This document shows, one piece after another, positions 1 through 14,264 of a stretch of DNA of 64,000 nt. The stretch lies in the NCBI RefSeq assembly GCF_009914755.1, contig NC_060933.1; one strand, given 5' to 3'. This stretch comes from the human T2T-CHM13v2.0 reference genome, Homo sapiens. The notes beneath the pieces are model-generated. The model searched no databases, had not been told where the DNA came from, and was given only the letters and a program-made list of their open reading frames with translations. Position 1 is the first letter of the stretch. Each line of letters begins with the position of its first letter. The position numbers and the translations under genes were made by a program.

Positions 1-149
1 TCCTATGCATGTAATGCATGTGATACACTAAAACTTCTAATGGAAAATGATTTGCAACTTTAATTTCTATATGGGAATTATCTCTACATGTTAATTTTCA
101 AATGAAAACAGGTTTAGACATTCGTGATCTTGAAGAATTTATCTTTTAT

Positions 150-488
150 TAATACTTTTTCCAAAAATAATTTGGAGGATATGCTCCAAAAAAACAGACA
201 GTAAACCAAGAGAAAGGAAAACAAGAACCCAAGAAATCTTAGGTTCCAATGTAGGAGAAAAGAGGAAATATAAATCTCTAGGATTGTGTAGAAGGAAAAT
301 CTCAGGATAACAAATGATTAAAAGGCTTAGGGAAAAACTAATCCACATAGAATCCAGAAGACAGAAGATGCTGGAAGAGATATATTCAAGTTTTAAAACC
401 TTATAACTGATTGAATAACTACTAGTTTTGACCACACATTTTTTAATGGAAAAAGCATTATTGAAAAGGGTTCTACTGAAAATAAAGG
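150..488 (+). mobile_element. Very old LINE-1/HAL1-like fragment
   Basis: A-rich sequence resembling ancient L1M/HAL1 (gaaggaaaatctcaggataac...aatccacatagaatccagaag). Recognised from memory only. Confidence 0.4.
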
Positions 489-577
489 TGTGATGTTTAA
501 TTTTATGTGTCAACATGACTGGGCTGAGTGATGCTCAGGTAGCTGTTAAAACATGAACAGGTGTGTTTGTGAGGAAG
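489..577 (+). mobile_element. MLT2 (ERVL) LTR, 5' fragment
   Basis: tgtgatgtttaattttatgtgtcaacatgactgggct...gtgtgtttgtgagg matches the MLT2 LTR start. Confidence 0.8.
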
Positions 578-701
578 TGATATGATTTGTCTCTGTGTCC
601 TCACCCAAATCGCATGTCGAACTGCAATTCCCAGTGTTGGAAGAGGGGACTGGTGGGAGGTGATTGAATCATGGAGACAAACATCCCCCTTGCTGTTCTC
701 G
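578..701 (+). mobile_element. MSTA/THE1D-type MaLR LTR, 5' fragment
   Basis: tgatatgatttgtctctgtgtcctcacccaaatc...ggtgggaggtgattgaatcatgg...cccttgctgttctcg. Confidence 0.8.
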
Positions 702-789
702 AGGCAATCATTAACACCAATAACAACTAACACACACAAAAAGTATACCAAAATAGAATGTGATCATAGAGCGAAAACTGGTGGTTTAG

Positions 790-874
790 TGTCTTAGTCC
801 ATTTATGCTGCTATAACAAAACATCCGAGACTGGGTAATTTATAATAAACAGAACTTTACTTCTCACCGTTCTG
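790..874 (-). mobile_element. MST-type MaLR LTR (MSTB/C-like), left part, split by L1
   Basis: tgtcttagtccatttatgctgctataacaaaa...agactgggtaatttataataaacagaa; the LTR resumes at 3166. Confidence 0.85.
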
Positions 875-3165
875 TTTTTATTTAAACTTTTATTTTAGGT
901 TCAAGGGTACATGTGCAGGTTTGTTATATAGGTAAATTGCATGCTGTGGGAGTTTGCTGTACACATTATTTTGTCACCTAGGTAATAAGCATAGTATCTG
1001 ACAGGTAGTTTTCCAATCACCACCCTCCTCCCATCCTCCACCCTCAAATAGACCCCCATGTCTTGTTCCCTTCTTTGTGTCCACAGCTACTCAAGGTTTA
1101 GCTCCCACTTACAAGTGAGAATAAGTGGTGTTTTGTTTTCTGTTCTTGTATTAGTTTGCTTAGGATAATGGCCTCCAGTTCCAACATTATCTTGTTCTTT
1201 CTTATGGCTGCATGGTATTTCATGGTGTGTATCACATTTTCCTTATCCAGTCTACCGTTGGTGGGCATTTAGGTTGATTCCATGTCTTTGCTGTTGTGAA
1301 TAGTGCTGTGATGCACATACGCGTGAATGTGTCTTTATGGTAGAATGATTTATATTCCTTTGGCTATATACCCAATAATGGGATTCCTGGGTCAAATGGT
1401 AGTTCTGTTTTAAGTTCTTTGAGAAATTACCAAACTGCTTTCCACAATGGCTGAACTAATTTATATTCCCGCCAGCAGTGCATAAGCCTTCTCTTTTCTC
1501 CACAACCTTGCCAGCATCTGTTGTTTTTTGACTTTTTAGTAATAGTCATTTTTACTGGTGTGAGATGATATCTCACTGTAGATTTGATTTAAATTCCTCT
1601 AATGATTAGTGACATTGAGCATTTTTTCATATGCTTGTTGACTAAATGTATGCCTTCTTTTGAAAAGTGTTTGTTCATATCCTTTGCCCACTTTGTAATG
1701 GGGTTGCTTGTTTGTTTCTTGTAAATTTGTTTAAGTTCCTTATAAATTATGGATATTAGACAATTGTCAGATGCATGTTTTGCAAAAATTTTCTCCCATT
1801 CTCTAGGTTGTCTGTTTACTCTGATGATAGTTTTTCTTTTCTTTTTTCTTTCTTCTTTTTTTTTTTTTTTGCTGTTCAGAAGCTCTTTAGTTTAATTAAA
1901 CACTATTGTCAATTTTTGTTTTGGTTGCAATTGCTTTTAGCATCTTTGTCATGAAGTCTTTGCCAGGTCTTATGTTCAGAATGGTACTTCTTAGATTATC
2001 TTCCAGAGTTTTTACAGTTTTTAGCTTTAGATTTAAATTTTTAATCCTTCTTCTGTTAATTTTTGTATATTGTATAAGAAGAGGTTCCCTTTTAATCTTC
2101 TGCATATGGCTAGCCAGTTATCTCAGCACCATTTATTGAATAGGGAGTTCTTTCTCCATTGCTTTTTTTGTCAGTTCTGTTGAAGATCAGATGGTTATAA
2201 GTATGCAGCATTACTTCTGGGCTCTCTATTCTGTTTCATTGGTCTATGTGTCTCTTTTTATACCAGTATCATGCTGTTCGGGTTGCTGTAGCCTTGTAGT
2301 TTCATTTGAAGTCCAGTAATGTGATGCCTCCAGCTTTGTTCTTTTTGCTTAGGATTACCTTGGCTATTTGGGCTCCTTTTTGGTTCCATATGAACTTTAA
2401 AATAGTTTTTTCTAATTCTGTAAGAATCCCATTGGTAGTTTGATAGGAATAGCATTGAGTCTGTAAATTGCTTTGGGCAGTATGGCCATTTTGACAATAT
2501 TGATTATTTGTATCTATGAGCACAAAATGTTTTTCCATTTGTTTTTGTCATCTATGATTTCTTTGTCCAGTGTTTTGTAATTCTCATTATAGAGGTCTTT
2601 TGCCTCTTTGGCTAGCTATATTCCTAGGTATTTTATTTTTCTGTGGCTATTGTGAATGGGATTGCATATTGATTTGTCTCTCAGCTTGGATGTTGTTGGT
2701 GTATAGGAATGCTACTAATTTTTGTAAGTTGATTCTGTATCCTGAAGCTTTGCTGAAGTTGTGTATCAGATCAAGTAGCTTTTGGGCAGACACTGCAGGG
2801 TTTTCTAGGTATACAATCATATTTTCTGCACACAGGGATAGTTTGACTTCCTCTCTTCATATTTGTATGCCTTTTATTTATTTCTTTTGCCTGATTGCTC
2901 TGGCTTGGACTTCCAGTACTATATTGAATAGAAATGGTGAGAGAGGGCATCTTTGTCTTGTTCTGGTTTTCAGAGGGAATACTTCCAGCTTTGGCGCATT
3001 CAGTATGTTGCTGGCTGTGGGTTTTTCATAGTTGGCTCTTATTATTTTGAAGTACATTCCTTCAATGCCCGCTTTGTTGACAGTTTTTATCATAAAGGGA
3101 TGTTGAATTTTATTGGAAGATTTTTCTGCATCTGTTGAGATGATCATATGATTTTTGTTTTTAAT
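875..3165 (-). mobile_element. 5'-truncated L1PA15/16-like LINE-1 with decayed ORF2
   Basis: 3' UTR and T-tail at 875. Minus-strand ORFs give ORF2 peptides ([24 protein letters not shown]; [28 protein letters not shown]). Degenerate 16-bp TSD at 859-874 and 3166-3181. Confidence 0.95.
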
Positions 3166-3455
3166 ATTTCCCACAATTCTGGATGCTGGAAAACCCAAAA
3201 TATGGCACCAGCAGGTTTGATTTTCTGGGGAGGGATACATCCTCTGAAGAGAAGAAATATCATGTCCTCATATGGCAGGAAGGTGGAAGGGCAAGGGACC
3301 TAACAACGCATGAAGTCCCCCCTTTTTTAAGCACCTTAATCCTGCTCGTGAGGACCGAGCACTCAAGGCCTAATCACAGCCTAAGAGCTGCATCTCCTAA
3401 TACTATCACATCAGCAACACCTGAAATTTGGTGGGGAAACATTTAAATCATAGCA
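3166..3455 (-). mobile_element. MST-type MaLR LTR, right part
   Basis: cacaattctggatgctggaaa...gcctaatcac...aaatcatagca; 5-bp TSD tttag (785-789) / ttcag (3456-3460). Confidence 0.85.
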
Positions 3456-4954
3456 TTCAGCCAAGCACAATATTTACATAGTCAGAACTATACAAGTAAT
3501 GAATGAAATTTTATCCGATAGAATAAAGAAAGTTTGTGCAGTTGCATAAACGTTATGCCCAGATATTTAATCTGGGTATTCAAGTGATTTAATTATTTAA
3601 ACCAGAAATTGTGATATAATTAAACTTGTAAGATCATGATTGAAAGATGATGGGTGTGTTTGCAAAAAATATAAGTCCTTGTGCTCTGTAAGAACTCAAA
3701 AGAAAATTTAACAACAAAGAAATAAATGATATATTTTTAAAGAAAAGGTAAGAGAGTTAAAAAGTGCCATTCCAAAAATGATAATCCAAGTAACAAAAGG
3801 GGATTGCCACTTCTTTTTAAAATGTTTTGGTCTTTTAAAAATACATAATGTAGTGCTTTCATAATTAAAAAATTGTTTTAAAAAAATGGACTCGATCTAT
3901 CAATCAAATGAGAAAATTCCGACTTTCCCTGGACCAGGCTGAATTTGGCCAACTCACCCCCGACAACCTTAAAAAAGAGTTAAATGATATCTACATTAAT
4001 TAAATGTATCCAGTGCATAGTAAGTCTTCACAAAAATACGGCTAATCTACTCATTATAATAAACAAGGAGTAAAATTTGGTTAATATGATTTAGTTTGAT
4101 TATAAGAATTAATTAGCTTATAAATATTCTGCTTTCATAAAATAATTTCTAGAGTTCAAGAAACGCAATAATTATTCTGCCAGCTTCAATAAAATGGTGA
4201 CTAGACTAACTGTAGACACACCTCCTCAAATTCTCAGTCATCAGCTTTCTAGCCATCCATCACTTAATGGGCTGCTGAGAACCCTGCAGGAGTTCAGAAA
4301 ACAATTGCCAACTGACTGTCTTGCTAGGATGAGCTACCACACCACTAGAGAGAAGGAAGTAAAATTGATTTATAAGAGGCCAACATTTACAAAACACAAT
4401 TCCATTGGGTTAGTTACAACTATTTAATTTCCCAAATAAAAATAAAGGGCTTACTAAGTAACAAATTACCCTTTCAAAAGAGCAAAACAAAACAAAGCAA
4501 ACAAATGACAACAACAAAAATATTTTGCTATTAGATGATATTGCAATTTTGCTTTATTTTATACCTTTAAAGAATCTGTTTTCCTAAGGTTCTATATTCT
4601 GTTTCAGAAATATGTCTTTTCTGTGATGGAATGTATTCTTCCATGAATTAAAGCAATTTTCCTCTGGAACTGGTTGATACCGAAGATATTTATGACTCAT
4701 CAAAACATGATAGCTTGTGACTCTTGCTCATAGAAACCCATATGTCTGAGAGACATGTTTTTCCAAATATGGGTACAACTTTTTTTCTTCTGTTACTGAT
4801 GAGCCTCACTGTTCATCCCAAAGACCAAAGGCTGTGGGTGGCCTTTCTTTAACTCAGGTTTCTAGGAAAAGGAGCCAGGAGGGGTGTTTGCATCCCCACC
4901 TATGATAAATGAAACCTGCAATTGAGAATCAACTTTTAATCATTTAAAATGTAT

Positions 4955-5200
4955 TAAAGACTTACTATGTCTAGGTATTTGTAGAGATGAGAATAAAATG
5001 GCATAGTCTCTGACCTAATGGAGGTACAAGCACATAAACATATAATTGCATACCTCTGTGAGAAGGACTGTGATAAAGGGAGGCAAAAATTATAATGAAA
5101 CGTCCAAGATGAGAGTCTAAACAGGCCTGATAGCTTCTCTGAGAAATGAGGAAGAAAGAGCAAGTGGGAGCTCCCTTGAGAAATATCTAAACCAAATAAG
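4955..5200 (-). mobile_element. L2 fragment
   Basis: acttactatgtctaggtat...atagtctctgacctaatggag, typical L2 3' end in reverse. Confidence 0.5.
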
Positions 5201-6149
5201 GCCTGTGGGAGGCACACTGAACATTTACTTACTGTTTCCAAGTAAAACCTATCAAATAAATACTATTACTTTTATTCCCATTTTTAAAAGGTGCAAACAG
5301 GCATTTAGAATGAAATGACTTACCCATAATGGTTACTTCCAAAGCATTAAAGTGCTTTTAGGAAAACAGACATAAAATGTCTCACAACAATCCCCAAGAA
5401 AATGGTCTCACACAAATCCTTTTTGCTGTGAAAACAAATCCTCTTGCTATGACCTGAGTTGTTTCTGAAAAGAAATAGAAAATATTTAGTTCAGGACAAT
5501 ATTTTAATTAATAGGAATTAAAATATAAATTCTTGTCTGGTTTTAATGAAGACTTATTGTTATTAACTTAGTGACTGGTTTAAATGCTTGGAAATATATA
5601 TATATGGATGCACATAGCTTCTATCCTTGAAAACATCACAGGCTACTGGGGGTAGAGCCTGGAAAAATCATCGCGTTTTGTCAATTTTACCTCCATTCCC
5701 TTCATTCTATTTCCAATCAGCAACCATCGTTTTTTATCTACACTTTTGTTACAGCTTCCTTTCCCATCTTACTTTCAACCTGTTTAGTGTAGCTAGAATG
5801 ATCTTTTGAAATTCTTTGGTTGCATACGTGAGTTTTAAGATGGAAAAGTAAATGTATCTCTAGTTTCTTCTTCTCTCCAATTTCAATGGAATTCAGTGAA
5901 AACAAAGAGGAGAAACATGAACCTTATGCTCCTGTCTCTCATTTTGACATTCCCTTCATGCACACACATACACATACTATTCCATATTAGAAGGGATTAG
6001 ACTATGAGTTGGTGAGTTCTCCTACTACTCCTAGGACTTTTCTCCCACCACCACTAATTTTTTTACAAAACTGCTAAAGAAAAAAACTAATGTTATTCAA
6101 TGAGGATTATAATACAAGGGGAGACAGCATAGAATTTAGACGAATACCT

Positions 6150-6650
6150 ACAAAAAGAAAAGGTAAAACAAAACTTACAAAGGGATGGCAATTGAAGAAT
6201 ACCTTTGAAAATCTTGTCAGATGAAATTACATTTGTTACCAAATATTTGGCTGAATTTATAAAATGTGAACAATTTTTTAAATTATTTAAGGGATCAAAA
6301 AATATTTGAGGACACAAGGAAAAACAAAAATGTAAACAAACAAGCAAATAGCAAGGCAGCAAGCAAGATCAGTAATGAAATAAAAGTGAAAAATATAACA
6401 GTCATTTAAACCTGCATTAAAAGCACCATCTTTATTGGTGGAAATAAGGTCAGAGCTAGGCAGACTTAAGGAAATTGACCTAAAGAAATACAAAGCAGTT
6501 TAAAACCATTAGAAAAGAAAATGTGTATGAAAGACAGACAAAGGAGATAAAATATACATATAATTGGTGTCACTGTGAATACAATCAGGAAAAATGAAAG
6601 AAAATTAAAACAAATCAAATATTTGAGTATGTCTCCTCTTTTGTATAAAA
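6150..6650 (+). mobile_element. HAL1/old L1 ORF1-region fragment
   Basis: gaaagacagacaaaggagataaaatatacatataattggtgtcactg resembles the L1/HAL1 ORF1 core; A-rich. Confidence 0.55.
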
Positions 6651-6672
6651 TGTCAAAATATTTCCAATTCTT

Positions 6673-7079
<407 letters not shown>

Positions 7080-7699
7080 TTACCTTCCATCTCCACTTAC
7101 CCTCCTTCCTGCCTTTGCATATGATGGTGTTGTATTTACCAGAAATGTTCCCGTACTCTTAGCACTTCCATGAACATTATCTTTGGTGAGGAACATTGTT
7201 TGTGGTGGAGAACTTTCTATCTTTTGAGGAAATCTAATTTATTTTCAGAGCACTCCAAGTTATTAATTTAATAATAATTGTTATTTTCCCCCACTAGAGA
7301 GGAAGGGCACTGAAGAAAATTTGAGGATTCCATGTGTATTTGGAGATATATTTCAGCCTTAGTAAAGCACACATTTTGATGTATTAAACAAAAGAGTGAT
7401 ATAATCAAATGTTTGATTTATTTTATTTTTATATTTTATTTGTCTAGATCACATTTTCAGTGACACCAATTATATTTATGTTTTATTTCTTTTGTCTCTC
7501 ATAAACATTTTCTTCTCTATTTTTTTAAACTGCTTTTCATTTCTTTTGGTCAATTTTCTCAAGTCTGCCTTGCTCTGACATTATTTTAGATACCCAAAAC
7601 AAGTTGTTGACTAAGTGAAAAAAATCATAATTAAAGAAAGTAAATGAAATGATAGTAAGTAACCAGGCAGAATGGGGAAATAGTGGGAAAGAATTTTGG

Positions 7700-7943
7700 C
7701 TTTAAAAGAAAGGCATGTGAAAAGTCAAGAGAGTCCTGGGAATCTTCCAGGTACTGCAGGGAATTCAATCTGGCTGGGGAGTTAAGATGTCTAAGGAATG
7801 AGTGTGGTAGATATTGCTGGAGAATTAAGGGCCCAATAATGTAAGTCCTCATAATTCAAATATATGGATTCATGACACTGAGTGTGATAGAAAGTCACTA
7901 AGTATTCTAAGAAGAAAATGTCATGATCATATTTGTTTTACAG
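7700..7943 (-). mobile_element. L2 fragment
   Basis: ggaattcaatctggctgggg...aagaaaatgtcatgatcatatttgttttacag. Confidence 0.5.
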
Positions 7944-8542
7944 CTCCTCTGCCTTCAAATCAAAGCAGCTCTACTGCCTTTTTGAAGGACTTCTATTAGT
8001 CAAAAGGTGGGAAGTTTCCTCATATCCCATGTGGAGCTTCTGCAACAAGGACAATCTCTTTCATCTGTTTCACAATTCTAAGTCAACCGAGAGTCATTGC
8101 CCATTTTGCTTTGATTTCAAATGACAAATATTTTCTCATATGCATTTCAGGAAGTTAATTAAAATTATGTATGACTATACCATTGATAGATTGCTACAGC
8201 TCAAAGTCAAACTCATAATTTTGAGTTTGGTAAATCTTGTAAACCACTTGGTTACACTTTGCTTGCCCTCACGCTTGAAAAAAAGAAAATCTCTTGTGTG
8301 CTACCAGAAAATGTTGATCCATGGAGCCAGTGCTCAACTTCGGCTGCATCTGTTGCATCTCATCCTTGTATGTTGCTGCTTAAATGAAGGCCAGGAGGCT
8401 CCATAAATTTTTGCTTATCCTTGGCAGAGAATCCACACTGATCTTAGCTGAAACAGTAAGCACTATTTTCCTGGAAGCAATTTAAAATAGACTTGGTATG
8501 TTTAAACCCCATCACTTCTGTGATATAGATGACCAATTCCTT

Positions 8543-8775
8543 GAGGTTAAGAGCATCAATTAACTAATCACAGACTATACCACTTAGCTTTATGACTTTG
8601 GGCAAGTTATTTAACCTCTCTGAGCCTCAGTTTCTCCATCTGTAAAAGAGGAATAATAATAACGCCATTTTCATAGGGCTGCTGGGAGTACTAAATGAGA
8701 AAACTGTTGTAAAAATACTCAAGATAATTTTTGACCCATGTTTAAGAGCTCAGTAAAAGGTAGCCATTAATATTT
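8543..8775 (+). mobile_element. MIR
   Basis: MIR core gactttgggcaagttatttaacctctctgagcctcagtttctccatctgtaaaa. Confidence 0.9.
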
Positions 8776-8966
8776 AAAATAATATTATTGTTATTTCTGA
8801 CCTTTTATCAATGTATAACTCGCATCCTGCACTTACAGAACATTTTTGTGGAATTTAATTTTCTAATTCCTAATAAAGCAGAATATATTTTTTATCCCAA
8901 TCAGTAAAGACAGTACAAAATAGACCACAAACATTTATAATAATAAATGATTACTTAGCTAATATA

Positions 8967-9188
8967 ATTTTTTTACACTTTAGTTTTTTAAGTTTTATAT
9001 ATTTTCAGAGTCAAGTGAAGATTTCTTACATGCATACATTGTGTAGTGGTAAAAGGGGGGCTTTTAGTGTACCCATCACCCGAGTGGTAAACACTGTACC
9101 CAGTAGACAAGTTTTCACCCCCAGCCCTCCTCAGACCCTCCCATCTTTTGTAGCCTCCAGTGTCTATCATTCCACTCTGTGTGTTCAT
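8967..9188 (-). mobile_element. L1PB4-like 3' end
   Basis: atacattgtgtagtggt...gcttttagtgtacccatcacccgag...tccagtgtctatcattccactctg. Confidence 0.85.
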
Positions 9189-9289
9189 AAAATAATTTTT
9201 GACAAGTCAATAGACAAATAATTGATTTTAAAATATATAAACATAATATTAGGTAAAAATATTTGGGAACATACAATCATAGTCCTTAG

Positions 9290-9580
9290 GTGAGGTTCTA
9301 GAACTTCCATAGATGTTTTTCTGTGAAATATTAATTTAGTATTTCTCAAAAAAGATAAATTCTATGGTCAAATAGTTTCTTTTAGACTGATAGTTTTCTT
9401 TAAAAGGACTTATCAACATTCTAAACATCCTGAAATGCAATGTGATTTCCTAAGAGGGGGCTATAATATATAATTTCCCAAACTTTTTGGCCTGGAAACA
9501 TTTTGGTTTTTGCTTTGTGTTCGTTAACGTCTCTTACAATAGGTGTTCTGAGGAAGTCATATTGGGAATTACTACACTAG
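9290..9580. mobile_element. hAT-Charlie MITE (MER112/113-like)
   Basis: ctatggtcaaatagttt...aagagggggctataatatataatttcccaaactt...gtgttctgaggaa...ttgggaa. Confidence 0.55.
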
Positions 9581-9894
9581 AAAATAGAAATAATTGTGCC
9601 TATTATTTTTATGAGCAGCTATTGTTAACTTCTGCTAAGTTAGGAAGCCATAGAGGATACCTAAGAAAAGAAAGAGTTTCTTTCCTTTCTCTGATGAAAA
9701 AAATGAACGTATCAGAACAGAAGCCAGTGAGAGTAATAACTTGGGTCATGGTGGTTATTTGAACTTGGAAGTTGTAATGATTGATTTTGGGTGCATACTG
9801 GCCTGGATTAAAGATTGCCCAGATAGTTGGTAAATAATTAATTATTCTCAATGCTTCACTAGGCACTGTGCCGGTCCCTTTTCTGCTAAAAGGG

Positions 9895-10435
9895 AAACCC
9901 AGGTATTTTGGCATTTGACTAGCATAATTGTGTCGCCTTAGGTGTTTCTGTGAAGGTGTTTCTGGAGATGATTGATGTTTGAGTTGGCAGACTGAGTGGG
10001 AATGAGCTGCCTTCAATGTGAGCAGTCAGGTAAGCCAATCAGCTAGAGGCTTGAATGGAAAAAATGGTGAAGTAAAGGTGACATTTTGCTTTCTTTTCCT
10101 GCTGCTGGACATCAGAACTCCAGGTTATTTGGCCTTTGGACCCCAGAACTCACATGAGTGGCCCCCTGAGTGCTCAGGCCTTCAGCCTTAGACTGAGAGA
10201 CAACCCACCAGCATCCTTGGTTCTATGGCTTTCAGGTTTGGACTGAGTGACACTACCAGCTTTCCTGTTTTGAGGCATTTAGATTTGGACTGAGCCATAA
10301 TCGAGGCTTCCTAGGTTCTCTGGCTTGCAGACAGCCTATTGTAGGACTTATCAGTCTTCATAGTGGAGTGAGCTAATTTCATTCATAAATTACTTTTCCT
10401 TTCTCTCTCTTCCTGTCTGTATGTACATGTATCTG

Positions 10436-10480
<45 letters not shown>

Positions 10481-10520
10481 TCTATCAGTTGTTTCTCTCT
10501 GAAGAACTCTTATTAAGACA
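9895..10520 (+). mobile_element. MLT2B/C (ERVL) LTR
   Basis: gtgtttctgtgaaggtgtttctggag, ggacatcagaactccagg, gcttgcagacagcctattgtaggactt; ends ctcttattaagaca. Confidence 0.9.
10436..10479. repeat. (TCTA)11 tetranucleotide STR
   Basis: Eleven perfect TCTA units inside the MLT2 tail. Confidence 0.97.
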
Positions 10521-11236
10521 GGAGTCAAATGTCAGTGCTTTGCCTTATGCTTAGAAATTGCTTGTTACATGAGGTCTTTATTTCTATAACCATCTCCATA
10601 AGATTATGGTGCATTCTATCATTCACATTGTTAACACTGATGAAGAGATAGTTATGAACCAGCTTTGAACTTACCCAGGACTTTTAGGAATCCTTCTATG
10701 CTCCATAAAGTATAGGATGCTACACAGATTGGAAAGACAACATTTATAAAATTTCATTCTGAACAATTCTTGTATTCCAGTTATTCTTATTGTCTTAGTT
10801 CAACTATATATAAGCTCTCCTCTAGCCAGATTCTCTTTTTGGCAATTCCTTCATTCTTAAATTTGCTGAATAATTTTCTAGGTTCAGCTCAGTACCCTCC
10901 CCTTTGGGGAAACACGGAAAGGCGGCTTCTCTCACCTTAGCTAAGTTTCATGACCTCTTGGATATACCTAGGTTCATCTCTACCAAAATTCCTGTGTCCT
11001 AGGCCCTTAGTTCTGTATTGGTGAATACGAAGGTATCAAATCAGATTAATGTGCTTATGCATATTCTTTGAGCAACCACATAAATAGGATTCCAGGCCAA
11101 ATACAACACACTCACACTTGAACTTGCCATACTTTAGGTCAGTATTTTAAAATATTACCAAAACTCAGTGTTTACCAAAAATTTTCCAAAATCTCAGTGT
11201 TTACTGCCAACAGTCCTTACTGTCTACTTATAAATT

Positions 11237-11990
<754 letters not shown>

Positions 11991-12075
11991 AATTCTGCAT
12001 ATCTTTAAGAGAAGCATTTAATCCCCAGGAAGTGACAAAGATTATTAAAGGTTTTACATGATACCCTCTGGGATC

Positions 12076-12900
12076 TCATTCATTAATTTAGCACATATTT
12101 ATTGCATGTCTACAATATACCTGACACTGAACTAGGGATATAATGATTAAAAACAAAAACAAAAACACAAGCCTGGTCTTTAGTTTCATGAGAGCTTACA
12201 ATTTAATGGAGGAGAGCAAATTAAACAGGCAATTACAATATAGCATGTTAAGTGCTGAAATAGATGTTAAGACAGGTCTTTGCAAGAGAGTGTGGTTGGG
12301 TGCTCCAGATTTTTCAATGAGTGAAAGAAGAGTATTTAGGCAAGGTTTTTCAGAGTAGGTAACTTCTAATCTGAGATATGAAGAATGAGAAGTTAGCCTA
12401 GCAAGTTTGGCCAAGAAAGTACAGGACTAGAGATGAGGATGAAGGGGAAGGGGAGCCCATTGACAGAGAGAGAGGGGGCTCAAAGGGTATTGCAGTAAAC
12501 GGGACAATAATGTATGAAAATATCAAGGGTATAATTTGGTTTGGGAAGCATGGGGGTGGGGCCGAAGAAGAGCAAATGAAGCTGAAGAGCAATGTGAAGG
12601 TCACAGCAAAAAGAAAGCTTGGTGCTATAGTGAAATAGAAGAGAAAACTTGAAATGTTCCCAACAAATAGGATGATAGATACCCAAAAGACTCTGACTTC
12701 ATCATTGTACATTCTATGCATGTAACAAAATACACGTGTACCCAATATAAATGTACAAATGTCTTGAATCAATAAAAAAAAGAAAAAGAAAAAGAAAGCT
12801 TGGTGCAATAGCAAGGTCCTTAATACGAGTATTCTAAGGACTTATTAGAGTATTTTAAAGCAGAAAACCAATGTGAGTGGGTTTGCATTTTAGAAATTCC
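12076..12900 (-). mobile_element. L2, interrupted by a short L1
   Basis: cattcattaatttagcacatatttattg...gagagcttacaatttaatggagg...gcaattacaata...ggtttgcattttagaaa. Confidence 0.75.
12631..12791 (+). mobile_element. L1MA4-like extreme 3' end
   Basis: aaatgttcccaacaaa...cattctatgcatgtaacaaaata...caataaaaaa; 20-bp TSD aagaaagcttggtgc[t/a]atag at 12611-12630 and 12792-12811. Confidence 0.88.
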
Positions 12901-13989
12901 CTCAAACCGCTCAAAATGAAAGATGAATGTCCAGTTTTCAAAAGAATGCTAATGAACCAAGGAAGATTTGTAAGAGGTTCTCTCCCAAGTCTCAGGTTTT
13001 CTGAGAGCAACTTGGTTTTCATCCTCTGGGCAGTTTTTAGTCAGTCCCTTTTGAGTGACCAGGCCCACCCACAAACCCAGCTGCACAACCTTGGCTTGTG
13101 CAGCTGGGTTTGTAGCATGGAAGAGATACAGTCAGACACCAACGATATATCTCTGCATGTTTCTCCCTTGTAGAAATCAAAACCCTTAAATCACTAGACA
13201 TGCTGAAGAAGAGAATGTTGGGACTACATTATTTCATGGACAGAAGAAACATGAACTTTTTACTTGGGTAGTGGCATAACCAGCCTCTCTTGGCCTAGAA
13301 GGAATTGCATGGAGCAAGAAAGGTGGACACCTGTCTGAATTGAGTGATTGATCCACACAGGGGTCCCGTGGCTGGAAAACAAATGCCCTGGATATTAGCT
13401 GGCTCTTATCCAAAAGTTCTAAAGCCTTTTCCTATCCAAGGGAAGCCACATTTCTCCCCAGGTACAGCAATTTCCAATTACTTTAAGAGGAGGAAGAAAT
13501 AGAGGAAATTTCACAAAACGACAGCCAGGCCTCTCTGGGAGGCTTGTCCTGAATGCTCCTCACCTCTGAGCTCCTTGTGTACTGCCCACCCACAGACTCC
13601 TTTATGAAGTTCAGCCAGCAAAGCCCCCAGCCCCCAGAGGGAAATGGCCTAATTAAAATCACACTTCACACTGCCAAATTGGATATGCTAGTCTCAGCTC
13701 CAAGAATGTCTTGGAAAAGTATCTGGAGTTGAGTGAGTCTTTCCCAGAAGGGATTTTTTTGTTGTTGTTGTAACAAATGGCAAATTCAGCAGATGGAGGG
13801 AAGAGGAATCTTGGTTTGAAATTTTCTGCTGGTCCATGGTTCACTTCTCTTGCTTTCTTTCTATGCCCCTGTTTCTTGTCATATGTTATTGGACTTCCAT
13901 CTCCTCCTTTTACATGAATCTTGCCAGGATGACAAGATGAAATATTTATCATCAAACACCGCATCTGTGTAGCACAGAGATAAAGCATA

Positions 13990-14178
13990 AGAGAATTAGA
14001 CACAGCAAAGCTTGTGTTTGATTTCTGACCTTTCTTTTGAAAGCTGGGCAAGGTACTTCATTATTGAAATCACATTTTCCCTATATGTGAAATGGGGATA
14101 GTAAATGCCCCACACAATTGTAATGTGGTTGACACATTCTGAGTAGTAGAGAAATGATAGCTATTATTATTATAATTA
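13990..14178 (+). mobile_element. MIR
   Basis: ctgggcaaggtacttca...ttttccctatatgtgaaatggggatagta...atgatagctattattatt. Confidence 0.65.
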
Positions 14179-14264
14179 TCAGATTTATTTGTAGTATCAG
14201 AGTATTATCAATAGATAACTTGAGCAAGACATTAAAATATTATCAATTATCCTTGAGTGTTTTG

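Noticed and set aside
1896-3240. ORFs with reverse-transcriptase/ORF2-like peptides
   Set aside because: These are frameshifted, stop-ridden pieces of a 5'-truncated L1PA element, not a functional gene. The 153-aa plus-strand ORF is L1 antisense.
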